DNA from: Obrimoposthia wandeli
Lineage: Eukaryota
Assembly: GCA_977020255.1 (NCBI GenBank)
Contig: CDROCS010001088.1
Coordinates: 1-64,000, forward strand
Length of the DNA stretch: 64,000 nt
Reading direction: 5' to 3'
A program made the translations under genes and the position numbers. How positions within the stretch are numbered: position 1 is the first letter of the stretch; each line of letters starts with the position of its first letter. Of this stretch, positions 11,301 through 26,300 are shown one piece after another. The notes beneath the pieces are model-generated. The model worked only from the letters and a program-made list of their open reading frames with translations. It did no database searches and was not told where the DNA came from.

Positions 11301-14300
11301 ATTTGGTTTACTTGTGCACAAGAAGTTACCCTAGGAATCTATAAAACGTTTTTCATGATAAAGTACCACTTTGCCAAATTTATTACAGATTGAATATGTA
11401 ATTAGGCAACAATTTCAGAAAAAAATTATATTTTATGTAGAACTGCTGCACTTTTCCCGTAGTGTTGCTTCAAAGTTCCCTTATATTATATCTGAAGAGT
11501 ATTATCTGAAATTTTGATCAGAAATTGGTTGGTAAGTTTTACTACACGATTGTACCAAAATGTTACCTATTTTTTTTTACAAGATGGCAACCATTTTGTG
11601 CTTATTAGCATAATTTATGCATACATTAGTTTTAAATGAACTTCTATTTTATGATCAATAAAATGGTATATTAGTTATAGTTGCATCTTATAAAGTGGGG
11701 TAAATGGTTTTATAACCTACTTGCTACCTTAAACTGAAGTTATTTTCATCCAAAACATTGCATATTTTAAGTGATATTATGTTGGTAAAGATAGAAATGT
11801 AAATTACTTTAATAACACTGCATAATAAACAATAAATTTAATCTCCCCTTTCTCGTAATCAGGATGCAAAAATACTATTTTCATTGTAGGCAAAATTTTC
11901 ATATTGCGTTGTAATTTGACTATTACTTTTTAGTTACTATTCAAATAAATCTAACGTCATTTTTAAATTTTAAATAAATTTGATGTTTATAAATTGTATT
12001 TAATGGCCTACTTGGTAGACAGCTCCTTTGTTCAAGTTCACGCTGTTTCGGAACACACATAGATCCACACCCGTACAAACATCTTCTCATTTTGTATATT
12101 TGTTTCTACTTCTGGCCTCATCTCGAACTTTAGCTTCATTTGTTCCTTGACTTCTTTGAAATTGGCGACCAAGAATCGCGCTCAGTGGACAGAATGTTAT
12201 TCATATTGCAACATAGATTAACCCGTAAGGTTCTCTTTTTCTTCTGTCGTCTTTTTTGATTGTCGCAATAGTATGTAAAGACAAATAGAAAGAGGAACCA
12301 GAAAACAGATAAAATGTCGATTTCAAAATGATAGATTATCAACAAAATATTTAAACAAAAAAGATGCTTAAGGTTGTTATTAGGTAATGTCGGCTTTTAA
12401 TTAAAATAATACTCCTCTGATTCTATACATTTCCAACGTTTTTTAAAAGATTCTTAACCTTCTTGAAAAAATTCTTGATTTCTAAACTCGAAGAAGTTGT
12501 ATGCCTCTGTCTTTAGACTTTCTATAATGTCAAATTTCTTGTGATTCAGAAATGACGATAAATGCTTGAAAATATGAAAATCAGTTTGAGAAAGGTCCGG
12601 TGAGTATGGAGAATGTGAAAAAACTTTATACTTCAAGTTCTTTAATTTTTCCTGCATTCATTTGGAAACATCGGCTCTGCTATTAATGAGGTATTATCGT
12701 AGTTACAGAATTTGCTTATTTTACATTTATGTGTTATATCTTAGAAATATAAAATTTCAAATTCAGATTGTTGCTCTAGAAGAAGCTATGTTTAGTCTCA
12801 AACAGGATCTCATCAAAGAGAGGGCTGAAGCTAGACAGCAGAAGCATCAATTGACAAATGAGACGGTGAGTGGCTTATCTTTCACGACCATGAATCTCAC
12901 AACAATGGAGGTCAGCGATATTAACGGATACACCTTTTTGTTCTTTTCACATACTCAGTATTGCAAACATTACACATAGACTCAGAAAAAAAAAAGTTGT
13001 CTTGACTATCACATACTCGAGAAGACTAAACAGACACATTCGCAATCAGAGCTAGGAGCGGTTAGGCAACCTTAAAAATTGGCATTCAAATAATCACATT
13101 CACTATTTGTTAAGCGAAACCAATAAAACATTCGTTTATTGTTTCTTTTTCATTTAACCTGTCATTTCTTTATAAACTGTCAACAAGTTTTCAGTGAAAA
13201 CATATTTAAATCTGCCTACTCTGTATTATACTTTAATGTGGTTAAAATACATTAAACTGGTTCTGATAATAATTTTACATTTGTATTCTTGTCTCAACAT
13301 GATGTAAGCCTTATCGGTTGAAATCCATTATTCAAACAAAAATCTACCACAACAATAACAATAATATGGTGCTAATATCAAATAAAACTGTAATTTGTTA
13401 CTCACAAGCGTTTCTTGTTTTCCAATATTCTTCGCTGTTTCTTGAAATTTTCAATCTTGTTACGCTTTCTTATATTCATCGGTATAATGTCGTAAAGATT
13501 CTGAGCATGAATTTCAAATATTCCATCACTTTGTTTGTTATTTGAGAATTTCCTAAACAATCGCCAGCCATCATCTAACTTTGAAGATCATATAAATATT
13601 TAAGCTTTTGTGAGAGATACATTTTTGAAAATTAGTATGATCTATAATTCAATTTTGGCACTGGTCAGTAGCCTTTAGATCTTCGCTTGTACTAACAGTT
13701 TGCTTTAATTTGCATATAATTTTGACGGCTTTGTTTAAATATTTTTACAAACCATAAAAAATTGAAAAATCAAGTCTCCATGAAATAAACGCATGTGCTA
13801 ACATTGTAGTTATTTCAGTAATAGGATATTTTCTTATTATATATATCTTTTTGATATGACTGTGGTATGTTCTGATAATTTTATTAGTGTGACAGATGAT
13901 TGTAATGTGTCCATTGAGGACTCAACCAATGTTCTTTGCTTTTATTTTTAAATGAATAATATTTTCACAGAAATATACGAGACTTTTTAATTTTTAAATA
14001 CAATTTATGGTACTCTTACATTCAAATAATATAGCCTCGGTTTTATTTTCATTCTTAATAGTCTTGATTTAATCCATTTGCTATTTGATTAATACTATTT
14101 TCCATTTCAGAAAATGTTATTTCATAGTAATTAGAATTAAAATAAACCTAAATTTGTGTATTAGGAGTATAAAGGGGAAAATGAATATTATATTTCTTAA
14201 TAATCGCTACAATTTACAAAGTATCGATTGAAAATTGGATTGAACCAGGAATTTTCCCTCAACTTTTCATTCATATTTTCGATAACTTTACTTACTAAAT

Positions 14301-17300
14301 TAAGTTAACATATGTTCACACTGACTACTTTTTGCTCTTGGCATTAATTCGAAGTTGACAGGATGAATTTCATTTCAAAGAAGTTGTTTAACAAATCTTT
14401 GAAATGACAAACTATTTTAAGATGAATACATAATTGAAATCGAGTTTAATAGTAATATTTTGTAAACCTTCCGATTTGTTCGCTTTTGATATTTCGTAAT
14501 TATTTTTAGAAAATATCTTCGTGAACACATTTTCTCATTTTAATGCCTGCTGTACGATATACTGTTCATTATCAAAATTAAATTCAAGGTTCTACTTATT
14601 ATAAAAAAAATTATTTTATCACGAAAGCCAAATACTTTTGTAATCTTCTTGGGCCTGGTGCAGTGAGCATGTATATGCATCTTAGGAGCAACGATGGTAA
14701 CTACGGATTGGTTAATAAATTCTCAAATCACAACAGAGATGGAATATTTTAAATTTACAAATGAATATAGAAAACTGTAGCAATGTTGAAAAATTCAAGC
14801 AGATGTAGATTCTTCTATTCAGAAAATATTATAAGAATAATGGAAAACAGGAAGCGTTGTTGACTAATAAATCATAGATTTATTAGATATTAGTGCTATA
14901 TTAAATATCTTTTTGTTATAAATAACTTGTAGTTCAATTTTAGCATATTAATTTTGTTCTAATTTTTCTTTTATTATATTCAGAATGAGACCCAGGAGAG
15001 ATTAAATGCTCAGAAAACTGTTAATGCTGATTTAAACAAGTTTGTTGAAATTATTTTTAAACTCATTTTGCTCATATAACTGGTGAATGAGTATGTTATG
15101 TTTATTTTAGGTTTAAGTTTTCTGTTGAATCTGTAAAATTTGACTTGAGGCAATTTTAATCATTATATGAAAACCTCTTTTACTTATAAGTTATTAATTA
15201 AAAGATAAAAATATAGACTTGTTTCATAAATGTGCCACTTTATGGGATATGAGAAGTTAACATTTTCAATATAATAGTATCGTTTTGTAGCATAATCCTT
15301 GTATCTTTGGATAATTTATAAAATATATTTTAAAATTAAAAATACATAAAACTGACTTTTACCAGAAGGAATAAACGGCTACGCAAAAATATGAAATTTA
15401 TTTAAAAAGAACAATTCTCACTATATTGTTTTTCTGTGCTTTGAAAAAAAACGTTGATTTGTACTAAATAAATTTGTTCATGCCTGCTTCAATTATAAGA
15501 AAAAATCCAATATGTAATTAAAAGTAGCTTCTCAGCAGATCTTTAAAGGGTTAACGCACAAGAGGGACATATTCTGTAGATATTTCTTTAGGTATCTTCA
15601 TGTTTTGATTAATTCAAGGTAGTTCAAAAGCTTATCAAATATAGAATTTAGTCAGCTAAGGATAAAAATCTAAAAAATAACCTCCCATATAATAAGAATA
15701 CAGGGATTAGTTGCGCATTTAGAAAACAAAAACTGTTGTCAGCCAGAAAATATAAAAATTAATAAAAAAACATTTCCAATTTTTTAAGATTAATTTTGCA
15801 AGAAGAATTTTTAAATGTTAAAAAAATGTTTGATGTAAATAATTAGTATTTATTCATTTAATATTTTTTTAGAGTTGAAGATTTTGTAATTTATGCTAAA
15901 TATTGAAAGGTTAAACTTAAGTTTTAAATCAATTTATTACTTATAATTAAAAGTAGTAAATTACACAGAATAAATTCTAAACAAAAATATTAATAGACCA
16001 ATTCTGTATTGACTCTCTTTCTAAGTTGAAATACTAATATGACAGTTTATTTAGAATAAGTAGGATGCAACTTAATTGTTTTTCTTCTGTAAATTATGGA
16101 GTTTTTAATCATAATTATAACTTCCTTTGATAATTACTGAAAAAACTTGGATAATAATTTTCCTCATAATAATTACAATAATGATCGTTTGTTGCAGTAT
16201 TATCATAGAGGTAAAATAAGTCATATATTTATTTAGAGTCTACAATGATTTGAAACATGAGGCCAGTGAAACAACCAATGTCTTGAATGACAAAATTACG
16301 GTACGTTCATTAGATTTAGACGAGGCTTTCTACAACATGTGAGCAGCTTTTATCACTTTTATTTGTTTTATTCTAAGATACAATAGGATAGAAAGCCGAA
16401 ACATTTATTTTAAAAATATCTACTTGAGTTTTTTGTGCCTAATTTTGACTAATAATTTTATTGAACATAACAAAAATTACCCAACTTGTGTATTGAGGAG
16501 ATAAAATATTATTTTTGAAGATTTAAGGTTTCACTTCGTCCATTACACTCCTTAGATTTAGATTCCTGGACCCAATTTGTATTTGGTGTATATGGGAAAA
16601 ATTCTTTAGCTGTTTTTGTTTTTCAAAACCATATACTTAACACTTCTTTATTCTACTACTAGCTATTAAGGCCCAATAGTCTGTCGCCCAATTTTTGACT
16701 ATCTATTAATTATACCAGTATAATTGGACCAGTATAAAGGCACATCCACTATAAAGACGGGTTTGTCTGTCACTCAAGTTGTGCCTGTATAGCGACGCTC
16801 TTTTGTACAAGAAAGAATTAAAGTTATGGAATACAAGTATAAGTTTAATTCTCCAGTTTGGATTCTGAGCTTACTGACGAGAAATTAAAACTGCTCCGCC
16901 AAGCAATAAATGCAATCTTTAACAAATGTCAGTACTACTGGTGTAGTAGATGCTGCTCGATAGGGACGTAGTGGAGGTCACCTCAATCAGACCATGGATA
17001 CGATTCTGAATGCAAACCCTCAAACATCTGTTTGACGTTTATCTCGTGCAACTGGAGTGTCAATTGGAACTATACACAATACACTCCTAAAAATCCATTA
17101 AAACCTTACATTACACGAATTGTCCCAAACCTTGCTGAGATGACTTTGATAAGCATATTTAATTCTGAGCAAATTCTGGAAGTGCTAGAGGAAAATAAGA
17201 GCATATAGGATCGAATTTATGAAGCAAGGAGACATTTAACGGTGTCAACTGGCCCAAAAACAATCCACACAAAATATGTGAACCATAAGTGGTGTTTTGG

Positions 17301-20300
17301 TTTTGGGAGCCTTTCACAGTAGGAGTCAATTGGGCCGTATTTCTTTAATTAAAATGTGGATTGTTAAAGTTATGTAATGAGGTTAAATTACAGATTTCTT
17401 CCCTTGTTCAATGTATTTGACAATTATTTAAAAAAACGTAAGGTTCAAATTTGATGGTGCACTTGCATATTATTCGATTTCGGCAAGAATATGGTTAAAT
17501 GATCAGTTTGAAGACATGTGGTTTACGTAGAGGTGCAATTGAATGCAATTGAAAAATTATAGTATTTGAGTTTTATTTATTATTGAGGTTGTAAAGCTAT
17601 TTATTGAAGAGGGCCAACTACTTTGATAACGATTCATATGTTACAGATATTGCGCAAACAAGTTAAGACGATAGGAGAAATGAAAATACGTCTCAAACAA
17701 GTTGAAGATAACATTGAAACAACAATGTCAGAAAATAGCCAAATGAAGGCTGACACGTTAGATTCTCTTTTATTTTAAAATGATTCAATTTTGACATTGT
17801 AAAGTCCCTATAAACCTACAGCAAATTTGCTTACAATTCCAATTGATGTTCTGATAGGCTTATGTGCGGAATCCCACTCAATATGGTGCGTAACGTCTCA
17901 TTATAGCAAAAGGCATGTCCCCCTAATTATGGAAGACAAAATTATTTTTAATATTTTGTTAACAATTCTACGTTAAATTAAAATTTAGAATCTTCTCCAT
18001 ATGACTTTCCTATCGTTATGAGTAAAAGTAGCTAAAATGGTCTCTTTACTTGGATCAATCTTGTTCTTGAGGTCTCCAAGGTGGTCAAAATTACTTTTAT
18101 GCGTCCATTGAGGTTCTGAAAGCATATTTTTAGTACAATGCGTCGTATTAGCTAAGATACGTTAGTTACAAATTAGAAGATTGGCTTAGAGTATAATGTT
18201 CTGACAAAACATACGTTCAAATTAAAGAATAACGCCAAACATTAATAAAAATACCCATAAATTCTAAATTCAACAAAAATATGTTTTTAAAACCATTTAT
18301 AATAACGTATTAGTGACGATGTTTTGGGGTTACATAATCAATTATATAACACATGTATCGGGTATTAATTAATTCTACAAAATAAATTCATATTTTAGAA
18401 AAAGTTTGCACAGAAACAAGATTTAGCTTTATCGCACGAATCAAAACAAACAAGATCATATTTGGCAAAGAAAATGATTCATACATTAGAACCTGCCTGC
18501 TAATTCTCCGGATCTGAACATAGTTAAAAATATAATGGGAAATATAATGTTGAATAATGTAATCCTGAAATATAGTAGAAGTTAAAAGTGTATTCTTAAT
18601 AAATTTAATCGAGTTTCGGATAATCTGTTAAATAATCTAAATCGTTCATTACAATCTAGAATTAAAAGTGATGCGATCATGATCAAAAACTAAATATTGA
18701 GTGTTGTGTATTATATATATATATATATATATATTAGTTGAGGTACTTTATTAATTTCGAAATTTGGCTTTAGCTTTTTCAGCAGCATAAGTTACAACTA
18801 CGCAAATATCAAACGCTGAAATATTAATTAGTTATATGTACGACGAAGTACAACAACTCATTTAGGAAGATGGTAATTTTTCAGATTCTAAGATCATTTT
18901 CGCTCTTTTTAACCACTTATTCACATACCGATAGGGATGTCATATCGAGTTGGTTCTAAACTGTAATTGTACGTTTCGCCAAAACAAATAGAATTGTCAA
19001 ACATACTTTATTACAAATATAATTAAGGTAAAAAAGAAGTGTGTCACTAACCCAATCACGATAGACGGTATACGGAGGTGTTCGGTCTAATCCTCCTTTC
19101 CCTCCCGGGAGGAGGGCCAGGGATCCCTATGTCCTTTAAAATCTTGCATGTGTTTGGAGTGAAATTTCGTACATGTGTTAAACTTACTTTGATACACAAA
19201 TTATATTACTTTATAATGAATGCCACCTGTTGGAAATTCACATTATGAAATGTACCTTATGTTTGGTTAAATTCTGGCAAGTAAGCTACCCTTTAGACAT
19301 GGTCTGATATGTACGGTAGGGTGATAACATTTTTACAACCTCGAATTCACATGATCTTACAGGCTGAGAAATTGTGCAAAAACTAATGAGTTTATAAGTT
19401 CAAGCATTTTTATAACGAAAACCTCCCCATGAACCAAAATGCTATAAATTAAATTTCCTGAATCGGCCGTATTATTATTGAATTGTTTTGAATTAAAAAT
19501 TCATACACGTCACGTTGCAATCTCTTAACTGGTGGTGTGAAAAACTATTTTATTCTTATAATGCTAAAGGGTTAAGTTGAGAAGAAATGTCAAAGCGTTT
19601 TATATAATTGTTTCAATTTCTAGTAATTCACAAAATGAAATTTGTATGCATTAAAGTATTGCCTGAATTACTGGCAATTGAAGTTGAAGCGGATAATTTG
19701 AATCACCTTGTACAGAGAATAAGATTTATAACGTTGAAAAATTATTTTAAGTTGAATGTTTTTGGAATATTTCAGACTGAAGTGCGAAGATGAAATAGCT
19801 GAGTCTAGAGTGAATTTCGAGAACTGGAAAAACCAAGCCGAGGAGAGCTCAGAAACGGTGATTGATGATTGCTTATGATCATTTTATCATTTATAAGTAT
19901 AATGTTTCATTACACTCCTAAAATCAATGTACCCAAAATTATAATTAGAAGATTTATGATATTGAAATTTTTGTATTATTTATGTGTAAAAATAAAAGAG
20001 TGATTGAAAATATATATGAAAAATGATTTTTTTATTCCTCTATTCAGAAAAATATGAAATTTAAGTTTTGAAGTTATGAAAATTGTAATGTTAGCAGACT
20101 TTCAATGTAAAAAGATTTCACGATATTGTATGCGAATGTTTGAACGAAATAAACGTTAAAGATGTTATCTTGTACATCTGATAAAAAAATATTAAATATT
20201 TTTGTAGTTGAAATAATAATATTAGTTTAGAAAGAAAATTAGTTGCCGTGACCAGGAAATATACCATGGTTCTCACCACTTACAAGTCCCTGAACTACGT

Positions 20301-23300
20301 GCTGAGCAAGTATCAAACATACAACGCACGAGAATGATTAACTGTAATTATATCTCACGTCCCTCTCTTTTTAAAGCTGCTAGCCATTCTATGTTTCTGA
20401 TTCAATGTCTTTGATTAAATCCATTTGTAGTTCAAAACTTATTTCATTAATGTGCGTTGTAATTTACTGGCCCTTAATATCTGTCGTCGTCTTTGTTTCT
20501 CATGTCTATTTTAACTTTCCAAAATCATCTTATATCCCGCATTCACTATAAACTATATTTCTGGCCGTGTATCCACCTAATTTTTATTCAATTCATATTT
20601 TAAAGAAAATGACTTGCATCTCTAATATTAGAAAATTGACTTTGTATTTGTATATTAGCTGAAAGATGACAGTGACTTGACACTTTTTAATTCCTTGCTC
20701 AATTATTTCATCGAAGCGCTTTCTGAACCTTTTCCTTTGTCCGTATGTATTATTCTTGGAACTCCAAATTTCAATATCCATTTCTTTTTCAGCTCATCTT
20801 GATATGGGAAATATTTACTCTTTTAATCAATAATAATCAAGGGAGACTCATTATTCTCAAAATGTGCCAAAATTAAGTGAACAAAACGATCAGACAGAGA
20901 AATCAACCAAAAGAAATAATCAACTTGATGTGTTCTCATCAATTTTTGTAACACACAACATGTACAAAATGATTAAAAATAACTAAATCTCATAATAACA
21001 AAAGCGATTAAATTACATTTAATTCACACGAGGGCATTTTTATAAGATGTTTTAGTAATTTTATGCAGAACAGAATGAAGTAAATTTTCGAAAGGTATCC
21101 TGAATTGTTGTTCTACCTTCGAATTCTAGATTAATGAAAGTGTAAAGATGAACAAGCAGATTCATTCGGAGTTGCTGACAGTCAAAGCTCAAGCAACAGA
21201 GGGTGGGTATCTATGTACATTTTAATATTAAATTCCATGCAAATAAAATACACTTTTTATATATTTTTTAATTAAACTGCATCTTCATTTTCAAACAATT
21301 GAAAAAAAAACACTGCCTAACAAATATAAATTTTTTATTTATCTTCTCTAACGAAATGGCATATTTCTAGTTTAAATGAGTTAGCTTATTTAACATTTGT
21401 CATTAATTCAGGATTCTTCATAATATTTTATTTAGTAAAATTAATTAACTATTAGAAAGATCTAATAGATTCCATTGTTACAAATATTAGTCAAGTAATC
21501 CAGATTGCGGTTAAGAAAGATTCAAATCTCATGCTAAGTCATTTAACTAACCTAACGTATTATTATGGCATATGAAAGATACAGATTATAAAAGGACGAT
21601 GTCTAGTGTCTACCTCGATATACAAATTTTACTAAGTTCGAAATAATTTAATTAAATAAGGATAAAAATATTAAATGTTTATTTAGATATAAAATCATAA
21701 TTTGTATTATTTTGAACGTGATGGTGCATTAAATTTACTTTTGTCATAATCAGGATGCAAAACCTTGCCTAAAATCCTATTTTTATTCAGTTAAATAAAG
21801 ATATAATTATGAAACAGTCTTTATTCATAATATATTTTTGTTTAGCATATTTTAATTAAAGTTCATTATCATTTATGTATAAGTCAAATTTATAGACGTT
21901 AGTTGTTGTTTTCTGCATATTCTGAGGGCTTTTTCATAAAAAAACTTGAGAAAAATAAGAGTATTTAAACAGGCTTACTTTGAAATTGAAAGTTGATACT
22001 TCTAATCATATAATAATAATGGAATATTATGAATTTAATTGCGAAAATATATTAAATATGAATCTTATAAAATTTGCAAAGTATAGAAGAAAACAATCCA
22101 TACAATCATTCTGTACAAAGTTTCTTCACAAGACATTATTATTAGAAATTTGATTTAATTGAAAATTTTATTATAAAACTTTGTTTTGTTTGAATAGTAA
22201 TTTTATTCTCTAAGAGTACTTTTTCTTCTTTACAGAGCTTGAGTTAAGTAATCGAAGTAAAGACAAAATATCTCAGAAAGTTCGATCTCTTTTGGACAAG
22301 TAAGTTAATATTTTGTATACCAATTAGGGGAGGATGACACTGGTCAACAACTGAAAATCCTCAATATTGTACAGTATACTCTGGATTATCTGAATGAAAC
22401 TGACTTACTTGGAATTTTAAGTTGTTTGAACTTTTATTATTAAGATATTTGGAAAAATTCAAATAAGTAAATTTTATTTTTAAACATGTAAGCTTTAATT
22501 GCTTGTAACTTTTATTTTTAGTTATGTTTTGTACTTTTAGAACCATAAATGTCATAAAAAAACGTAAAGTAAGTCTTGAAAACAAAGCAAAAATTCTGAA
22601 ATTTCACTTTAACAATTGAAAACTCAGAACGACACAACTGCTGAATACGGTATAAGTGATAATATCATATCAAATTGAAAAGCAAAAAAGTAATATTTAA
22701 AGTGGCTGAATCTTAGTCTAAAAAAGAAAATCAAAAATTACAAAAGGGAAATATCCAGAGTTAAAAGAAGCACTTTGGAATTTAAAAGAATATTGAGAGA
22801 CCAAATAATCCCTACTAATGCTTATCCAATTAAAGAAAAAGTAATGAAGGTAACAACACATGTTGGTATCAATGATTGGTATGTCTGATTTAAAAGTAGA
22901 TACGATCTTGTTCTAAAGAACATTGTGGGAAACGAAGATAAAGTTGATGAAGGAAAATGAAAAGTTACAAGTCATTTTACAAAAAGAAGTTGGTAAGAAT
23001 GATAGCTGATAGATATCAAAAAACGTTATGAAGAAGTTACTTACTTCACATCAGAGGAATGGGATCTCATTAACAAAGAGACAATTTTTCCTCTTTAAAC
23101 CATGGTTTTAAAATTCAAGGATATTTTAACAGTATTGATTATAAAGATAATGTACTTTGACAATTAAGTGATGCAACGAAAGAAGTCAAAGAATTACACG
23201 AGCCTTTGAAACAAACTCGTGATTTGATGGAGTTGTTACTGTTGATACTTCCTTTCTAAAAGAAGCAGTAACATGGGATAAGATTATCAGCTGTTGAAAG

Positions 23301-26300
23301 TATTACTTATGCGATCGAGGAAGTTGTTAGCAATGGTTTGGATAACGAAGAAGTTAAATTCCGAAACCGTGAACACACTGTATGAGGCGTTAAATCCATC
23401 GAGAAGTTCTTATTGTAATGCACATTGAAAACGTTAATGCTCATTTATTGTAATCCCTAAACCAAATGAGGAAAATTCATTTTTGGAAAAGAAAATTGTG
23501 GTACTGAAACAAAATTGAAAGTTACGGATTTATTCGTAAATTTTTATTCAGTGAATACATGTCAATAATGTTCTTTTATTTTTCTAGCGTTCTTTTTTTA
23601 ATTTTCAACAATTTATTTATTTAAATAATATTGTTATTACAACTTTTTGTCAATTCCCCAGTAGTTCAAATAACTCAGAGTATTTGATAAATTTTATTAG
23701 TTTTACTGTATCATATCCTAATTTTGTGATTACCCTCATATATATATTCATACATATTAATACATGTATAGTTTGTGGTAGGGGTTTGACAAACCTTGTT
23801 CACTCTGTTTACAGCGTGGACCAGTATTTGATTTAAACCAATTCATCTTATCATCGCTACACAAAAATTGCAGTAGCAAAATTGAAAGAGGGTCCACAAA
23901 AATTATTAGTCCCCGGCTGGATGTTACGTTGAAAGGAAAGTACCAAATAATATTATAGAAAATCCAAGTAAAATACCGAGAATTAAACCAGGGATCACAT
24001 TAGTTGCAAGTCGCACATTCTACCAGTGAACTCTCACGGCTTGTAATATTTCTCAATAACCCAACGTTTCTAAATGGGAACCATGCATTTATAATTGTCA
24101 GAAACTGATTTTTATCAAATATTTATCTTAACATAAATACCTATCAATTATCAACGTATCTATTTGAGATATTTACTGCATAATTGACAACCCAACGTAA
24201 TTATCAGTTTGTTTAGTTTTTTGTTTTCACCTCGAATATCCTAATCAGGAAATAATTATGTACAATTTGTTGCATATAATATGTGTATATGCTGACGCGA
24301 CATGTATGCGTCATGACCAACGTACACAAAGACGCAGATAATTCCCCTTGAACTTTCCTGATTCAGATTGAAAGAAGTCGAGGAGACGAGTGCATCAAAA
24401 GCTGGAGATGTCGGTCTGATGGAGTACGAGATGGAGGAGATGGAGAAGGAGATGATCGATACTAAGAATAACCATGAGTAAGCCGATACGAATAATCATG
24501 TTGGGATTTTATCAGAAATTTGTGTACTCTAAAATCTTGAATTATTTATAATTTACTGTCCCATAAAATCTCAGTGGTTTCCATATCGTTCTTCGACATA
24601 TCAAAAGTTTCAAATGTATCATCATCTTCTTTACTAAAGTAATATTGTTCACATAACATTGTTCATCGTAATCTTTACACACATTATTACAGTCAGAAAA
24701 TTCTTCGACATCCATTTTCCTACTTACGAACTTTACTCCATCAATTCATAAATATAATATATTATCTTTTCACATAAAAACATTAAAGCATTTGTAACAC
24801 TTAATGTATCTGTTTAGTATATAGCCTGACCAGGTATACTACACCTGTGTAGACTAAAATGATCAATTTACCGATACAACTACACATAAGATATGAATGT
24901 GTATTTAGATAGCATGGACCTCTGATTGTTTCATTTATATTTCAATATTAGCTGATACCCCTGTAGAACATAATAGGTTCTCACAGATCGGTTCCCTTGA
25001 GTAGTAGATTTGACCATCGGTTTTAGGGATGAGGAAGTGGAACCCACCAAATTCCTCGGCGGAAACGTTGAATTACTGTGATAAAGACATGTTTCCTATG
25101 ATTTACTCGTACTTGCAGACATTATGTGCCATTTCAGCCACCTTTGCAATCGCGGAGCGCACATTCTCATCGATGAGTTAACCGCTTTCATACATAGGAT
25201 CACAAATATTCAAGTGCAGGCTAAATGGACATGATAGTGTACTTGCGATACGATATAGATATCAACATTCAAACTGTAATTAACAAATTTGTCATTGAGA
25301 ACAGAGTATGCTTTTATTGCAAAATTTATTAATGATTACTCTACTTGTTACTTGGGGTGACTTCTAAATATTTACGAAATTTTAGTGTTCTGTATGTTTT
25401 CTATATCGGATATTTTCAAATTTCGCCGTTTGTACTCAAAATATGGAACAACAAGTGCGGAAATGTTCTTCAATACTTTATAATCTGCGTAAATTGATCA
25501 GATTCTGAATGCAAATTACCATAACAAATGACGGGCTGGGAGATTTTTCATTTAATTGAATTTCTGAATTCCATCACTATCATAAAGATATCCTGGCATG
25601 CGCTTATTTATTACTACCTCTTTCTTTAATTATACGAGAAAACCTAACCCGTGTATGGTTAGTATCTTATTGATCAGAAAAATGTGTACTTTAAAAAGAT
25701 TTTAAAATAAATTAAATCTCAAAAATTTATTTGACCAGAATTAAAAATAAAATATTTGGGAACACTGCAATACCAACAAGCCAGTTGCAACCGTGAAGTG
25801 TGGAGCACAGTCTGATGTTGTTCAATTTGATGTTCAATTTGATGTTCAATTTGATGATGATAAAGATGTTTTTTCATGTTTTACTTATCAGAAGGATTAA
25901 TTGATTTATACGCAGAATAGAAATAATATGAGCTGATGCTAAGTATAATTTGATTTTGCAGGGTTTCTCAGTTTTAATTTGTAGATCCTGACAAAAAGAC
26001 AGAAAATGTCATTCCTTTGGCTTAGCCGTATGTCCTTTGATAGCAAAGATTGAGTTTGAAATTTTAAAAATAGTATTAACGTTAGTTTACATCAACTAAA
26101 ATTAAATGTATGTAAACCAAGTCTGTTCATCTCTGATACAGTTGACACTATTAAAAAAGTCATTTTATGCTGCATTTGTTAATGATTTTAAAAATTCTAT
26201 ATACTGGACTCATACAATACGAAACAGACCAAACAGTAAAATCACTTCATGAATCTAAAGAAATATTAGATTAAATAGATACTTTGTCAAACACATGTGA

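Noticed and set aside
25819-25854. CRISPR-like repeat
   Set aside because: Head-to-tail 12-mers without spacers in eukaryotic DNA
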